Shown: positions 33,538 through 45,314, counted from the stretch's first letter. The stretch is DNA of 64,000 bases from an uncultured Methanosarcinaceae archaeon (GCA_963733675.1 CAVTET010000001.1:736001-800000), one strand, 5' to 3'. Made by a program: numbers and translations. Notes: generated by a model from the letters alone, not told the origin.

Positions 33538-34814
33538 GTCAACTACCTGCTACTTAAGTAACAGGGCTGGATATCTCTCTGATCAATTAATCATATTATC
33601 CGTGTGGTGGTTGACAGAAACCCATGAGACTCTAGATATACGTATAGTTTCATGTTCTATGTTCGATGTTTTTAGCGCCGTTCAAATCGGCACTAAGTTC
33701 AAAACTACAAGCTTTACACAGGAATTTCAATCCATTTATACTGTTTTTAGAGATATAGTCACATCTACAACAAATTCTAAAAGTATGCCCCAAATTCACA
33801 TATTCTGTTATTAATCCAGAACTCTTTGCCGTCATATTCGATGAATTGTTGTTAGTTCTATCCCTTATTCTTGTTAAGTCCTCTAAACCTATTACAGAAA
33901 CACCGTTTTCAACTGCAAATTTTACGATTTCTTTGGAGATACAATGATTAATATCTGTTATTAGACGTTTCTCTTTCCAGTTAAATGCTTTATCGTCCTC
34001 TTAGCTGACAAAATTCCCTTAAATCGTAATCTGGCTCTCATATTTTTATATGCGTTTCGTTTGTTTTTTATTTCTCCACCGGCAAAAGACTTGCATTTCT
34101 TGTCAGTAGTGGAAGCTACAGCTAAGAAATTTATACCTAGATCTATACCCATGAAAGTCCAAGCTTCTTCTATTTTCTTTGTCTGGAAGTTCTTGTGATG
34201 AGTAAGATGGAAATAATAATCACCATCTTTATGCTTCACTACTTTAGAAGCTTCAAATTTCCAAGGAGACTTAAGTAATTGTTTTGCATAAGGATAGTTA
34301 CAGATTTTATAGGTTTTCCTATCATGACTAAATGTAATTATACTCACTGAGTCTTCGGTTATAATATAATCTCTTATAAGATAATGTCATAGAAGTCAGA
34401 AAGTAAGTTATTTTTGCCAGTGACTCTTTCCTGTTTTTTCAAGTTCTATTATTGTTTTGTAGGTCTCAGCCACTTGTCTTGGAATGTTACAACTCACTTG
34501 AGACTTCAAACAGATGTTTCCTCGGAGATGAGCATAAACCATAGGTTATAATTTTCTAGCTGGAATGTTTCTCCCATTATCAAAAACTACACTAGAAACG
34601 TAGTTCATTCCATATGCATATTTTTTCAGAGTCTTTACTAAATCAAAATAAGTATCCATTATTTTCAATGGTATTGTTTTAGTAGATTCCATGACAAGTG
34701 TACTCATACAAAAAAATTTATAATTTTCGTGTGAATATTATACTAAAACAGGAGTTAATAAAATTACGCATTCCTCTCACATCTAAAGAAGTTTGAATCC
34801 TGTTTCGATTCTTG
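33538..34814 (-). mobile_element. tnpB: IS200/IS605-family tnpB-only element with a frameshifted tnpB (~34692 to ~33580)
   Basis: RuvC-I MGIDLGINFLAV, GLEDL, Zn ribbon CKACSFELSADLNGAKNI; left-end hairpin AGGATTCAAACTTCTTTAGATGTGAGAGGAATG; right end ...GGTAGTTGAC. Confidence 0.85.
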
Positions 34815-34841
34815 AATTTTTTATTTTATATCTCAAATGCA

Positions 34842-36690
34842 GGATTATTACCCATTTTTTAGAATTGTTTAATAACTCATGAACAAGGCCCAAGTTCGTA
34901 AATCCACTAAGAGCCTATCCGAAAAATAATATACTTTCAATTTAAGATCATGTGTGGTAATGACAAAACGGAAAATTGTTCATGACTACGAAATTTCTGA
35001 AGATTATTGGAAAAAAATAGAACCTTTACTACCTGTACCTAAGCCAAAAAAGAAGTCTGGAAGACCTAGGAAGGGTGATAGGAAAATAATGAGTGACATC
35101 TTCTATCTCCTTGTTACTGGTTGCCAATGGAAAACATTGCCACGATTTTATGGAGCTCCAAGCACTGTACATGATCGATTTCAGGAATGGCAACTATCAG
35201 GCTTATTTGAGAGCATGTGGCTGGCTGGTCTTGTTGAGTGTGATTTCGAAAAAGGATTAGAATGGGAATGACAATCAACCGATGGTACTATGACAAAAGC
35301 ACCATTAAGTGGAGCTGGAACAGGAGCCAATCCTACTGATCGTGGTAAAAAAGGTACAAAAAGGATTGTTTTAACTGATGGTAAAGGCATACCACTTTCT
35401 GTTGTCGTTGATGGAGCCAATCGTCACGATAAAAAGCTTGTAAAAAGGACTTTAGACGCCATATTCTTTGAAAGACCTTCTCCAGAAGACATAATTCAGA
35501 ATATATACATGGATAAGGGTTATGATTTCACCGATATCAGAAAATTGGTTGAAGAATATGGTTATACTGCGCATATCAAAAGTCGTGGAGACGAAAACAT
35601 CAGAAGAGACATACCTGGTTTTAGGGCAAGAAGATGGGTTGTAGAAAGGACACATTCTTGGCTGAATAGATTCAGAAGACTCCTTATAAGATGGGAAAAG
35701 AAAATTGGAAATTACCTTGCTATCCTACATTTAGCGTGCGCGTTGATAACATTCAGATCAGCAGGACTTTTCAGATAGCCTCTTACTATAATTTTTTTCT
35801 TTGCTGGCCCCCTGTCCAAATCTTTCTTGCTAATTTCTATATTTGACCTGATTTTTTTCTTTTCTGGTTCATTATCCTTTTATTTTAAAAATAGAGTCCC
35901 TATCCTTAAAATACTCCTTTTAATTACATTTTGATTTTACTCCAAAGTATCCTCTGGCCTTGTAAACCACTTCATTTTTTTCAGATAAATCTACATACGA
36001 ATCACGAATTTATGTGGTTGTTGTTTTGAATTTTCCAATCAGCTCATAAACCCGCTATATTGTATTATGACATTTAATATCCTCAGTGTGACTTACCACC
36101 CACTTTTTGTCCATGTTCAATCTTTTCCCCTCCTTGTTTTTGCCTTATTTTGTAGAGGTTTATCCGCTTTTGCATGCCCAGGATTTTAATGAATAAAAGT
36201 AGAGCTCTGAATCATTCCTTTTTTTATTTTCAAATCAAGATAAACAAGTTGGCTTTGCAACTGTCATCACATTTGTTCTTCTTTACAATTACCAATAATT
36301 CTTTTCGGAATGACTAGATTGTGGTGCTGTATGCTATTTGCTCAGGCGAACAAATAAATTTTCTGAAAGAAATTCGATTAATACATTGTTTTAAGGTTCA
36401 AAGTATGAAAGATCATGAAATTTCTTTAAAAAACATTTTTAATATAATGATTACTTAAGCTTCAGGTCTAACTCATGGAACTATTTTGTTAAAATATATG
36501 GACTCAAAAATAATATGAAAAGATTTCCAATCAATTAAGGAATTAATTTCAGGAACTTTGTATCTATTATTGGAGACGTTTGTATTCTTCTTTGAGAGCA
36601 AAATCAGAAAAAGTTTTCAAAAGTAAAAATTAATGTTAAGAAATTTAAAATCTCCAATACTCAAGTTCATGAGAATTTATCGAAATTAAA
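34842..36690 (-). mobile_element. Decayed IS5-group element, interrupted near its right end by the IS1031-like element
   Basis: Minus-strand fragments KQCINRISFRKF, KIKKGMIQ, PGHAKADKP, KTRR.KD.TWTK, VDLSEKNEVVY..RGYFG; left end AATTTCGATAAATTCTC; 5' and 3' regions match 45315-46121; right boundary approximate. Confidence 0.78.
34911..35782 (+). mobile_element. IS5-family (IS1031-like) element; transposase has an in-frame TGA at 35269-35271
   Basis: IRs GAGCCTATCCGAAAA / TTTTCAGATAGCCTC; flanks TAA and TTA; motifs TGCQW..LP, DKGYD, RWVVERTHSWL; the two ORFs are in the same frame. Confidence 0.9.
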
Positions 36691-36755
36691 AATTTCGATC
36701 AAAATTTCTCTCCTGTATTTTATTTTCCGGAACAGAAAAAGGTCTAATTGCGAGC

Positions 36756-39623
36756 TTACTTATTCTCAGCACTTTCAGACTGCAGAGACTGAATTTCTCC
36801 GTGAACTACCCTATACGATTCGACAGCTTTTGGGGCTCCGAGAAGGAGTTTCCTAATCCTGTTATGAACGCTAGGAAACTTCTGGTAGTCCAGTTCTTCA
36901 AGGAGATTTGCCAGGATTTTTATCAGTGGAATATGGTACTTTACCTCCATCTGGTCTATATTTGCAAAAGCATTGAGCATATTGACAGTACTATACTCAT
37001 TTATTGGGGCCAGTTTTCGCAGGCTCTCTGCAAAGAGATCTCTGCCTTCTTCTGTCTGGAGAGACTTCTTGCGGTTGCGAGCAAAGCTTCCGTAAAGGGC
37101 TCGCTGGTCATTTGTTTGTTCAATCCTGAAAGCTGTTGACCTTCCCATTTCTCTGATCAGTTTGACAGCATCAGCACTGCTGTTGTTTCCTATAACTGCA
37201 AGGAAGGCTTCCCAGGCAACGAGGTTCTGCTTTGATTCTGCTTCAAAAGCTCTTAGGACTTCAATTTTGTCAGATGCGGAGCTATTAAGGTATGTAGCAA
37301 ATGCACTAAGCCTATCAGTTGCGCAGGTTGCAGTCTCAAACTGCTGTTTTATGAGGAAATGGATGTCAGGAGTATCAAGTGTTGCAAGAATGCCTAGGCA
37401 TATATTTTTTGCCTGTCTGCTTTTGATCACTCTTGCTGTCTCGTCTAGCGTCGAATCCCTCGTAACTGATGAATTTTCAAAAAAACGGTAGGCAGAAACA
37501 ACGGAATTTCTGTATTTCCAGGCAACTGCCTTTAAAAGCTTATTTTTTACATCATAAAGTGCCTGATAATGGTGGGCAAATTCCTCGTCTTCCACGGACT
37601 CAAAGATGGTCAAAAATTGCCCTCCTGCCTTTTCGAGAAGCTGTCGATCGTTCAAGAGTTTGTAGTAGAGCTCAATAAAATCTTCTGAAGGCTTTGATTC
37701 AGAATTTGTTAGTAGCCTCATCTTTTCCCTGTCAACCAGGGTATAGAAGGCTATAAATCTGCCTATTGTATCGCTGTCTTTTCTTACCTGCAGCAAAAGT
37801 TCATCTTGGCTGGCTCTGTAGACAAGTTTCCCGTAAAAAGAATAGCCTCTATTGAGGGAGAGAAAGGCTGGAATGTCCACGTTTTCAACATTTATTTTCG
37901 CAGTTTCTCCACTGACCCTTTCCAGAACTTCGACAAGGTCATTTCCGTTTTCGTCCACAAGTGCTACTCTGAAAGGGAACTCCCATGGCTTTGCTCCCTC
38001 AGGAACATTCTGTTTCAGGGTGATAGTGAACTTTCTGGAAGCTTTTTCATGTTTAGTTGAAACCTCTACTGTAGGAAATTTTATCTGTCTTAGCCAGGTT
38101 TCAGACATCTCTTTTAAGGGCTGACCGCTTTCTTTTTCCATTGCTTCTATCCAATCCTGCGTACCTGCATTGGAGTGCTTGAATTTCCTGAAGTAAAGAT
38201 CCAGGCCCCGGGAAAATGTATCTTTTCCTATCAGGGTCTCGACCATGCGCACGTATTCCGGGGCTTTGATGTAGGTAACTGCAGTGATCAGATCATTAGG
38301 ATCATTAAAACCATCAGGAATAATCGGCATGGAAGCAGCTCCAGAGTCTAGGGCTAGAGTACCAGATGCAGGTGCGAGCAGTTCTAGCACCCTACCCAGC
38401 CTCTGGTAGTCTTCGCCAAAGATTAAGGCATGGTATTGCTCTTCCACATGCACAGTCACTGCTTCATTCAACCAAATCTCAAATGGGCTTTTTCCTGTCA
38501 CTTCGGATCCGTTCTGGTTATGGTAATATTCATGTATCTTGACCCGAATCATATACTCAAAAGCTGGGTCAGTTGTCTGAGGGAAAGGCATAATACGATT
38601 TGTGGTAATTGTGGTGTTTCCCACATTTTCCATACCCCCAAAGTCCGAATTCTGCATCCCTATTTCCCTGTACACGGTACCTGTATACTTGTACCCGTGA
38701 CTGATGGTTTTGACAAGTTCTGTAAGCTCATTCCGGATCTGTGCGAATTCTTTTAGCGTGGATTCGGACTTTGTCTCAAGTTTTATTTTTTCTTGCTTGT
38801 GGACAAGTTCCCAGACTTTCTTCCTGATCGGTAATTTCTCTTTGTCGAACTGCCCAGGCCCTGTAAAGATGTACACCCACATGATTGCATCATGAAGAAT
38901 GCTGAGAGCTCTTTCTGCAGCTTCTGCGCTTGAATCTGGTGGCACGAGCAGCTCAAGCATGAAGGTTCCTCCATCAGGGTACTCAAACTCCTTGGTAAAG
39001 GTTGAATAGGTCCCCACTCCAAGGAAAAAGAGATAGGTAGTCATTGGAGTGATCGAGTTCTCATAGACTATTTTGTCCCTCCCAGGCTTTAAGTTGTGTC
39101 GATTGAGCTGGATATTCCCGTTTGTGATAAGGTTTGTGTACCTTGAGTCTGCAATTATGGTAGTTTTATAAGTGCACTTTGCTCTCATGTCATCAATGCA
39201 GGGTACAATCCTCTGGAATCCCCACTGCTGGCATTGTGTGATCTGCTGCGGAGGAGCCTCTGCGGGAGTTTCGTCATAATAAAGTCCCTCAAGGATGTTA
39301 TTTGTCGGCCTACATACCGTATCTGTAATGACAGAGATCTCAGTATATGGGGGGATCATATCCATGAAATTAATCTCAAGAATCGCATCATGTTCCCTAT
39401 ATTTATAAGAGATCTCGGATTGTATGCAGCTCACAGCCCTAATCTCAAGGTTCTTGCAGTTTAATTCCAGTTTCTCTATAGGTTCATTTCTGGTCTTTAC
39501 CCTTAGCATGGATTTCACATTAGTCCTATCATCATAAACATCAAACACAAGGTCCATGTGCAAAACTTCAACTGTAAGATCTCCGAAGTCCTCGGGGTAA
39601 TACTTGTAAATCCTATGTTTCAT
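36756..39623 (-). CDS. pepN: M1-family aminopeptidase (PepN-like)
   Basis: GGMEN, HEYYH-x18-E (WLNEA), TYLFFL; AGGTGA upstream of the ATG at 39623. Confidence 0.9.
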   Translation of the reverse strand: MKHRIYKYYPEDFGDLTVEVLHMDLVFDVYDDRTNVKSMLRVKTRNEPIEKLELNCKNLEIRAVSCIQSEISYKYREHDAILEINFMDMIPPYTEISVITDTVCRPTNNILEGLYYDETPAEAPPQQITQCQQWGFQRIVPCIDDMRAKCTYKTTIIADSRYTNLITNGNIQLNRHNLKPGRDKIVYENSITPMTTYLFFLGVGTYSTFTKEFEYPDGGTFMLELLVPPDSSAEAAERALSILHDAIMWVYIFTGPGQFDKEKLPIRKKVWELVHKQEKIKLETKSESTLKEFAQIRNELTELVKTISHGYKYTGTVYREIGMQNSDFGGMENVGNTTITTNRIMPFPQTTDPAFEYMIRVKIHEYYHNQNGSEVTGKSPFEIWLNEAVTVHVEEQYHALIFGEDYQRLGRVLELLAPASGTLALDSGAASMPIIPDGFNDPNDLITAVTYIKAPEYVRMVETLIGKDTFSRGLDLYFRKFKHSNAGTQDWIEAMEKESGQPLKEMSETWLRQIKFPTVEVSTKHEKASRKFTITLKQNVPEGAKPWEFPFRVALVDENGNDLVEVLERVSGETAKINVENVDIPAFLSLNRGYSFYGKLVYRASQDELLLQVRKDSDTIGRFIAFYTLVDREKMRLLTNSESKPSEDFIELYYKLLNDRQLLEKAGGQFLTIFESVEDEEFAHHYQALYDVKNKLLKAVAWKYRNSVVSAYRFFENSSVTRDSTLDETARVIKSRQAKNICLGILATLDTPDIHFLIKQQFETATCATDRLSAFATYLNSSASDKIEVLRAFEAESKQNLVAWEAFLAVIGNNSSADAVKLIREMGRSTAFRIEQTNDQRALYGSFARNRKKSLQTEEGRDLFAESLRKLAPINEYSTVNMLNAFANIDQMEVKYHIPLIKILANLLEELDYQKFPSVHNRIRKLLLGAPKAVESYRVVHGEIQSLQSESAENK

Positions 39624-39858
39624 AAAAAGGTCACCTAGTGAAATTTGCAAGAGTTCTATTATGGGATAAAAAGGAAGGTATGTGATTTAAAGTTGTAGCT
39701 TAGGGGAGAAGACTATCTTTTTTCGTCCTCTTAATTTGATTGTTGTTTGGTAGACTCAAGGATCGATTATATTTTTTAAAAAATTGACAGTTTTAAACGC
39801 AATTATTTATGCTTAAGCTACTCAAAATTCTGTAATCACGAAAAACTAGACGGAAACG

Positions 39859-40711
39859 GGTTCCGTTGCAAAAAATCTTTTCTAATGATACAATAGAATA
39901 AAAAGAAAACCAAAGATAGTAACATGCTATCTAATTCCTTTAAATGGAAGCATTATGAAGGGGAAATTATCTTATTGAATGTAAGATGGTACTTAAAATA
40001 TGCATTAAGTTATAGAAATTTAAAGGAAATGATGGCAGAAAGGGGAGTAAAAGTCGACCATACAACAATCATGAGATGGGTACATCAATATTCCCCTGAA
40101 ATAGAAAAGAAGATAAGAAGACATTTAAGACCAACAAATGATTCGTGGAGAGTTGATGAAACCTATATCAAAGTAAAAGGTAAATGGAAATATTTTTACC
40201 GAGCAGTTGACTCAAATGGAGATACAATTGATTTCATGTTAAGTTCAAAACGAGATAGAAAGGCAGCGAAGAGATTCTTTAAGAAAGCTTTAAGTTCTAA
40301 TCATAATCAAATTCCAAGATTAATAACCGTTGATAAGAATCCAGCTTATCCACCTGCTATAGATAAACTAAAAATTGATAAAATACTACCTAAAAACGTA
40401 GGCATTCGACAAATCAAGTATTTGAATAACATTATAGAACAAGATCATAGATCTATAAAACGGATAATTCGTCCAATGTTAGGATTCCAGTCTTTTCGAT
40501 TTGCTAATAAGACTTTAAAAGGAATTGAAGCTATGAATATGATCAAAAAAGAACAAGTAAATGATTTAAATTACTTTGGTTTTGATGAAGTCAAATACAT
40601 TAATCAATTGTTTGGTATAGTTTTATAATGTTAATACATTTTTCTTGAATATTTTGACTTTTTTATACTCATAGATTTACATATTTTTTTTGAATTTTTT
40701 GCAACGGAACC
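39859..40711 (+). mobile_element. IS6-family element, apparently intact (853 bp)
   Basis: IRs GGTTCCGTTGCAAAAAAT / ATTTTTTGCAACGGAACC; no flanking direct repeat. Confidence 0.95.
39924..40628 (+). CDS. IS6-family DDE transposase
   Basis: Full 234-aa ORF with WRVDETYIK, TVDK, NNIIEQDHR, GIEAMNMI. Confidence 0.95.
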   Translation: MLSNSFKWKHYEGEIILLNVRWYLKYALSYRNLKEMMAERGVKVDHTTIMRWVHQYSPEIEKKIRRHLRPTNDSWRVDETYIKVKGKWKYFYRAVDSNGDTIDFMLSSKRDRKAAKRFFKKALSSNHNQIPRLITVDKNPAYPPAIDKLKIDKILPKNVGIRQIKYLNNIIEQDHRSIKRIIRPMLGFQSFRFANKTLKGIEAMNMIKKEQVNDLNYFGFDEVKYINQLFGIVL

Positions 40712-40725
40712 CATTTAAGTCTTAT

Positions 40726-42231
40726 TCATTTGAGTCGTAATCGAGATCCGATTTCTTTCATAAAACTGTTGATACTGCTGGAAGAATCTGTCACGATAAT
40801 TTTTGCTTTTTCTTCTGCACACTGTGGTTTAGGCTTTACTTGCCTGCTCTCTAGCCCAAGCATTGAATAAACTTTAGAGATAATGGTATCGAGCTCGACT
40901 AATTCAATACTTCTGGAATCATGAAGCATGAGAGCTTCTTTTCTGTCAAGGGTTGAAAGCCAGATATTTTTCTCTATCAAGATCCTGAGGAGTTCTCTTT
41001 CTTCTTCAAGCCTGCATTTTACGCGCCTTATTCTATCGACGAGGGATTCGATTTCGTTTTCAAAAACTTTATTCTGAGCTGAGGTTAAAGTGCTTTTTTT
41101 TCCCACAGTTTCATCGATTGAATCAATTTCCCTGACTAGGTTATCGTAAGGATAGATCTTAGGAACTCCGTCTTTTTTAAAGGTATAGCTGTGGTTCTTA
41201 TGAGATAAATGATGAGTTTCGATTTCTTTTCTCAGCAGGAACTCTTCCCCACAGCTATCACAGATAACCTTTACAGAGAGTTCGTTTTTCAGAGCAATGC
41301 TTGCTGCAGCATGCAGGTCTTCTGCTTCCTGGCGCAGTTTTTCTGTGCTGATCCCTCCAGATACTACAAGTTCAAATACAACTTTTCGTAGATTTTCCCT
41401 CTCTTCAGGCAGATTCCAGAGCATATGCTGTAGCAAGAGTGCCATTGTTCTGTCTACTGCCATGCAGCCACTGCTACAAGCTGCAACTTTTAGGACCTGG
41501 ATAACTTTCTTCCAGCGCCTGTCCGAAATGTCAATCTCTTGCAACTGAAGATTTTTCCTAAGTTCGAGAATAATAAGCTCAACATCAGGGTCAACATGAA
41601 TATTTTTTGCACTTTCTCGAAGTTTGTATATCTCCGAAACTTGGATATTTAAAGAAGGTTTGAAATCGCCATGGTCTCTGAAAAGGAGATTTCGGAAGTT
41701 TTCATCGTCCTGAATATAGGTGAGTCTATACCTGAACAAAAAGCGGTCATAAAGAGCTTCGAGACTTTCATCTTCTTCAGGCAGCTCGTTAGAAGCTCCG
41801 AAAACAGATAACAAAGGAACATCTACAATCTCTTTACCATTATGGTATTTGCGTTCATTCAGGATCGTCAAGAGACTGTTTAGTATTGCACTGCTAGCCT
41901 TAAAAATCTCATCTAGTAAAGCGATATGAGAAGTTGGGAGGCAGCCCTCTATTTTTCGGCGGAACTCGTCTTCTTCTAGAGCTTTTAATGAGAGAGGGCC
42001 AAATATCTCCTCTGGAGTTGAGAAGCTTGTAAGGAGATAATTAAAAAAATTTCCTCCTTCAATGGACTGACATATATTCTTTGCGAGCTGGGTTTTTGCC
42101 GTTCCTGGAGGACCAAGAAAAATTATGTTTTCCCCCGACAGTACGGCAATAAGAGAACCACTAATTTCGGCTTCCCGCTCTTTGAAATAGCTCATAAATG
42201 TGGATTTGATTTCGATGAGTTTTTCTTTCAA
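40726..42231 (-). CDS. MoxR/RavA-like AAA+ ATPase with an embedded C2H2-like zinc finger
   Basis: GPPGTAKT, TPEEIFGP, LLDEIFKASSAILNSLL, GASNELP, LYDRF, SDRRW; CDSC-x12-H...H. Confidence 0.85.
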   Translation of the reverse strand: MKEKLIEIKSTFMSYFKEREAEISGSLIAVLSGENIIFLGPPGTAKTQLAKNICQSIEGGNFFNYLLTSFSTPEEIFGPLSLKALEEDEFRRKIEGCLPTSHIALLDEIFKASSAILNSLLTILNERKYHNGKEIVDVPLLSVFGASNELPEEDESLEALYDRFLFRYRLTYIQDDENFRNLLFRDHGDFKPSLNIQVSEIYKLRESAKNIHVDPDVELIILELRKNLQLQEIDISDRRWKKVIQVLKVAACSSGCMAVDRTMALLLQHMLWNLPEERENLRKVVFELVVSGGISTEKLRQEAEDLHAAASIALKNELSVKVICDSCGEEFLLRKEIETHHLSHKNHSYTFKKDGVPKIYPYDNLVREIDSIDETVGKKSTLTSAQNKVFENEIESLVDRIRRVKCRLEEERELLRILIEKNIWLSTLDRKEALMLHDSRSIELVELDTIISKVYSMLGLESRQVKPKPQCAEEKAKIIVTDSSSSINSFMKEIGSRLRLK

Positions 42232-42992
42232 GGCCAGGCCTCCAGGCTACAAGATGAAATGTGAAATAAAATCTCACAGCCATTTCTCTGAAGTGTTTAG
42301 CCTGAATCTATTTATATCCGATTTTAATTCTTCCAATAATTCCGTTACGTTATCCAATTTATAGTTTCATTTAACTACCATACATACCTATATTGGTTAC
42401 AACTATGATTGTTCATTTTTTAAATTAATTAATCTCTTCTCGTAAAATAATAAGTATATTATTTATTATGTGGCTAAATTTGTCAATGGTGAAAGTTTCA
42501 ATTCTTATTTTGGTGGATCTTGTTCTCAATGAGAATATCAGATTATGTTTCGTCATTCCAGCAATTTTAGAAGTTTCATTAGGCCTATGAGAATTCATAT
42601 TATCAAAAGTAGCTTCAGGCTGTTACCCCGGTCCATTCCCACTCCTCTGGGGAATTCATTTGTATACACTTCAAACTTGTTTTCATTTTATAATATTTTT
42701 AAGATACTTGATGCCTTAATTTACTTTCAACTGGAGAATCACTGGTAAACGTTATTAAACAACTGGGTAATCCAAGGTCATTAATTAAAAGAAAATGATC
42801 CTATATTAATACTGTCACTCAATCATTTGCAAACTTGAACAATTACATATTCAACTATTAGATTATATTTGGGTAATACATTATAACATGTGGTGAATAA
42901 TAACTCCGAAACTAATAGTAAATTGAAATAATGAAAGGATAAAGAGCCAATCATATTTTACAGAAATTTAGTTAGAATAGCTACAAGTCTAG

Positions 42993-43160
42993 TTTATTTA
43001 ATTTGTTTAGATAAAGTTCCTTTATTGTACCAAACTTTTGAATTCTGCGGGTTAATTTCAATTGCTTTGCCATAAGCTTTTATTGATTCATAATGCTTGT
43101 TTAAATAATCAAGAGCAACTCCTTTATTAAACCAAGGATCTGAATCCTGCGATGCTAACT
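42993..43160 (-). pseudogene. TPR protein fragment
   Basis: WFNKGVALDYLNKHYESIKAYGKAIEINPQNSKVWYNKG with no start codon. Confidence 0.75.
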
Positions 43161-44072
43161 AGGATCAAAAAAGATCCAAAAAACGTTGAAAAATAATATT
43201 TACTTAGAACTATTTGGAATATTTTTGCATTTCTATTTAGAATATATAAAAAAATACAATAAATTAAATCTATTATATTTAATAGGTTTTCAGCATCTTC
43301 AAGTGGACCTTCTATCAAGCTTAAGGCATCTCTTCACCTACAGATAACAAGATCAACTTTTTGACATTTCAGATCAGCCTGGTCACCTAAGCTAGTAAAA
43401 AGAAGAAAATTCTAGTACCTTGTTTTATTGGGGGTATTAAATGAAAGACGGAAAAAATATATGTGGATATCCCAAATAAAGTTCTAAGCCGAAATCCGAC
43501 TATAGACACCATAACAGTGGATGTTTACGACGTTTATTGGTAAGGAATTAATCGAAAGAGTAATGCCGGTAAATTCAGTCTGCAGCCTGGTAACGATTCC
43601 TACAACATATAGAGATCCATTAAAGTCACTCTGGAATATGAAATAAGTAGGGATGGTTTTCGGGAAAGTTTTTATTCCCTCAACCAGCTACTATGTATTT
43701 ATTTCACTGAGTAAAACATATAATTATTTTTTCCTATTTTCGGAGTATTTTTTTTATGCAGTTTATTTTTCAGCAAGTTCTCTTCTGCATCTCTTTCATT
43801 CTCTTAAATTTTTGAGATTTGATCTATGTGTTATAATTATTATACAATAATATTTAACAATTATTTAGTTTAAGTTGTATAAAAATTTAACAATTTAGAT
43901 AAAAATAAATACCCTTTGACCGAGAACAAAGACAGTCTTTAGATCTCCGAATATAAACTAAATCAGATCCAGATATCCTCTTCCACATTATCAAATAATA
44001 ATTTGAGCGGATCAGAACGAATAACTCTCTATCTTCTCATCAGCAATGAAAAACAGAAATATTCACCAGCAG

Positions 44073-44207
44073 TCATTTTCTCTTCATTTCCTTTGCAAGC
44101 TTCTTTTTTGCATCTTTGTTGCCTGAAGAAGCCATTTTTTCCAGCTCTTCCATTTTTTCTTTCTTAGCGCTCTTTTTCTTATCCATATCTTTTTTCGACA
44201 TTGCCAT
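44073..44207 (-). CDS. 44-aa small lysine-rich protein
   Basis: MAMSKKDMDKKKSAKKEKMEELEKMASSGNKDAKKKLAKEMKRK; GAAGGT upstream; intact amid decayed DNA. Confidence 0.7.
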   Translation of the reverse strand: MAMSKKDMDKKKSAKKEKMEELEKMASSGNKDAKKKLAKEMKRK

Positions 44208-44669
44208 AGTGCATACCTTCATATATCTTAGTAAGTGCAATATCTAGCAGGCAATATTACAGTAAGGTACCTAAGTAAATAAAGTGCCTCAATAGATATT
44301 GGCTTAGTCAATCATTTCAGTTTCAAAAGTATTTATTAGTTTCCCACGAAAGAAAAATGTTTAGCTCATTGTTAGTTTCTATGAAAAAATAAATCATCTA
44401 GATTATCGAGATGTAATCAAAAAAGAGCAAGATTTTTTGATTTTCGGAAATCATAGCTGGCAGCCAGAAGGAGATCCCATCATTTAGGGTCAGATGGATG
44501 CATACAATTTTATTTAATATTTGAGGCAAAAAATTCGGAAAATTAAAACTTCTTCTTTAGTTTTTTTTCACTTATTGCTGCTGTACTTTCGGTGTATTCT
44601 TAAGTAGCTCAAAACAATGTAATGATCTGGAAATATGACTTCCCAATAAAACAGAGATAAAATTGTAAA

Positions 44670-44822
44670 GGATTTCGATAAACCCCATATTTCGTGATAT
44701 CCATATAAATGGCGCATATACAACTCGTGAAAATTAAAAATGCATCGAAATCCTCATAATTTCAAAGCATCATTTATGACTACTATACGCATATGATGAA
44801 ATTTGGGGATTAATCAAAATCC
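44670..44822. mobile_element. Two abutting family A MITEs in opposite orientation (copies 9 and 10)
   Basis: 44670-44753 GGATTTCGATAAACC...ATCGAAATCC, then a degenerate copy ending CATATGATGAAATTTGGGGATTAATCAAAATCC. Confidence 0.75.
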
Positions 44823-44886
44823 TCTTTTAGTATTGTAACGAGTTTAAAGCCATGAAGAATATCTAATAACTAAATCAAAATTTTAA

Positions 44887-44961
44887 TGGGGCCGTTGAGA
44901 TTCGAACTCAAGTCGCAAGACCCCCAGTCTTGCAGGATGGACCAAGCTACCCTACGGCCCC
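44887..44961 (-). tRNA. tRNA-Pro(GGG), no intron, CCA not fully encoded
   Basis: GGGGCCG/CGGCCCC acceptor stem, anticodon arm CAAGA-CTGGGGG-TCTTG, T-loop GTTCGAAT. Confidence 0.95.
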
Positions 44962-45314
44962 GCAGTGAAGACTATGTGTTTTGGTGGAAATTTTCTTCTT
45001 TATCTGATACCTTCAATAGTGTAATAAAATATATAGTATAAATGTATATCGGTAAGAGGAAGCCAGATTTCCCCTGAAAAGATTTCGCTTTGAATATGTT
45101 AGGTGAATCTATTTTAAAGATCAACGGTCGAAGATCAGATAGAGCATTGCTCAGAATACGAATTGAGACGAGATCTAACATAGATTAATCTAGGGATCTC
45201 ATTTCGCCAAATTCAACTGATCTTTTGGAAAGAACAATTGGCGCTGATCAGGAATCTCTCATGGACGCGAATATTGGTAAGCTAAAAAACAATTATTTAT
45301 GACTGAATAAAGCT

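Noticed and set aside
35269-35290. Programmed frameshift or recoding between the two IS5 ORFs
   Set aside because: Both ORFs are in the same frame and the stop is TGA at an expected Trp, so a simple nonsense mutation explains it.
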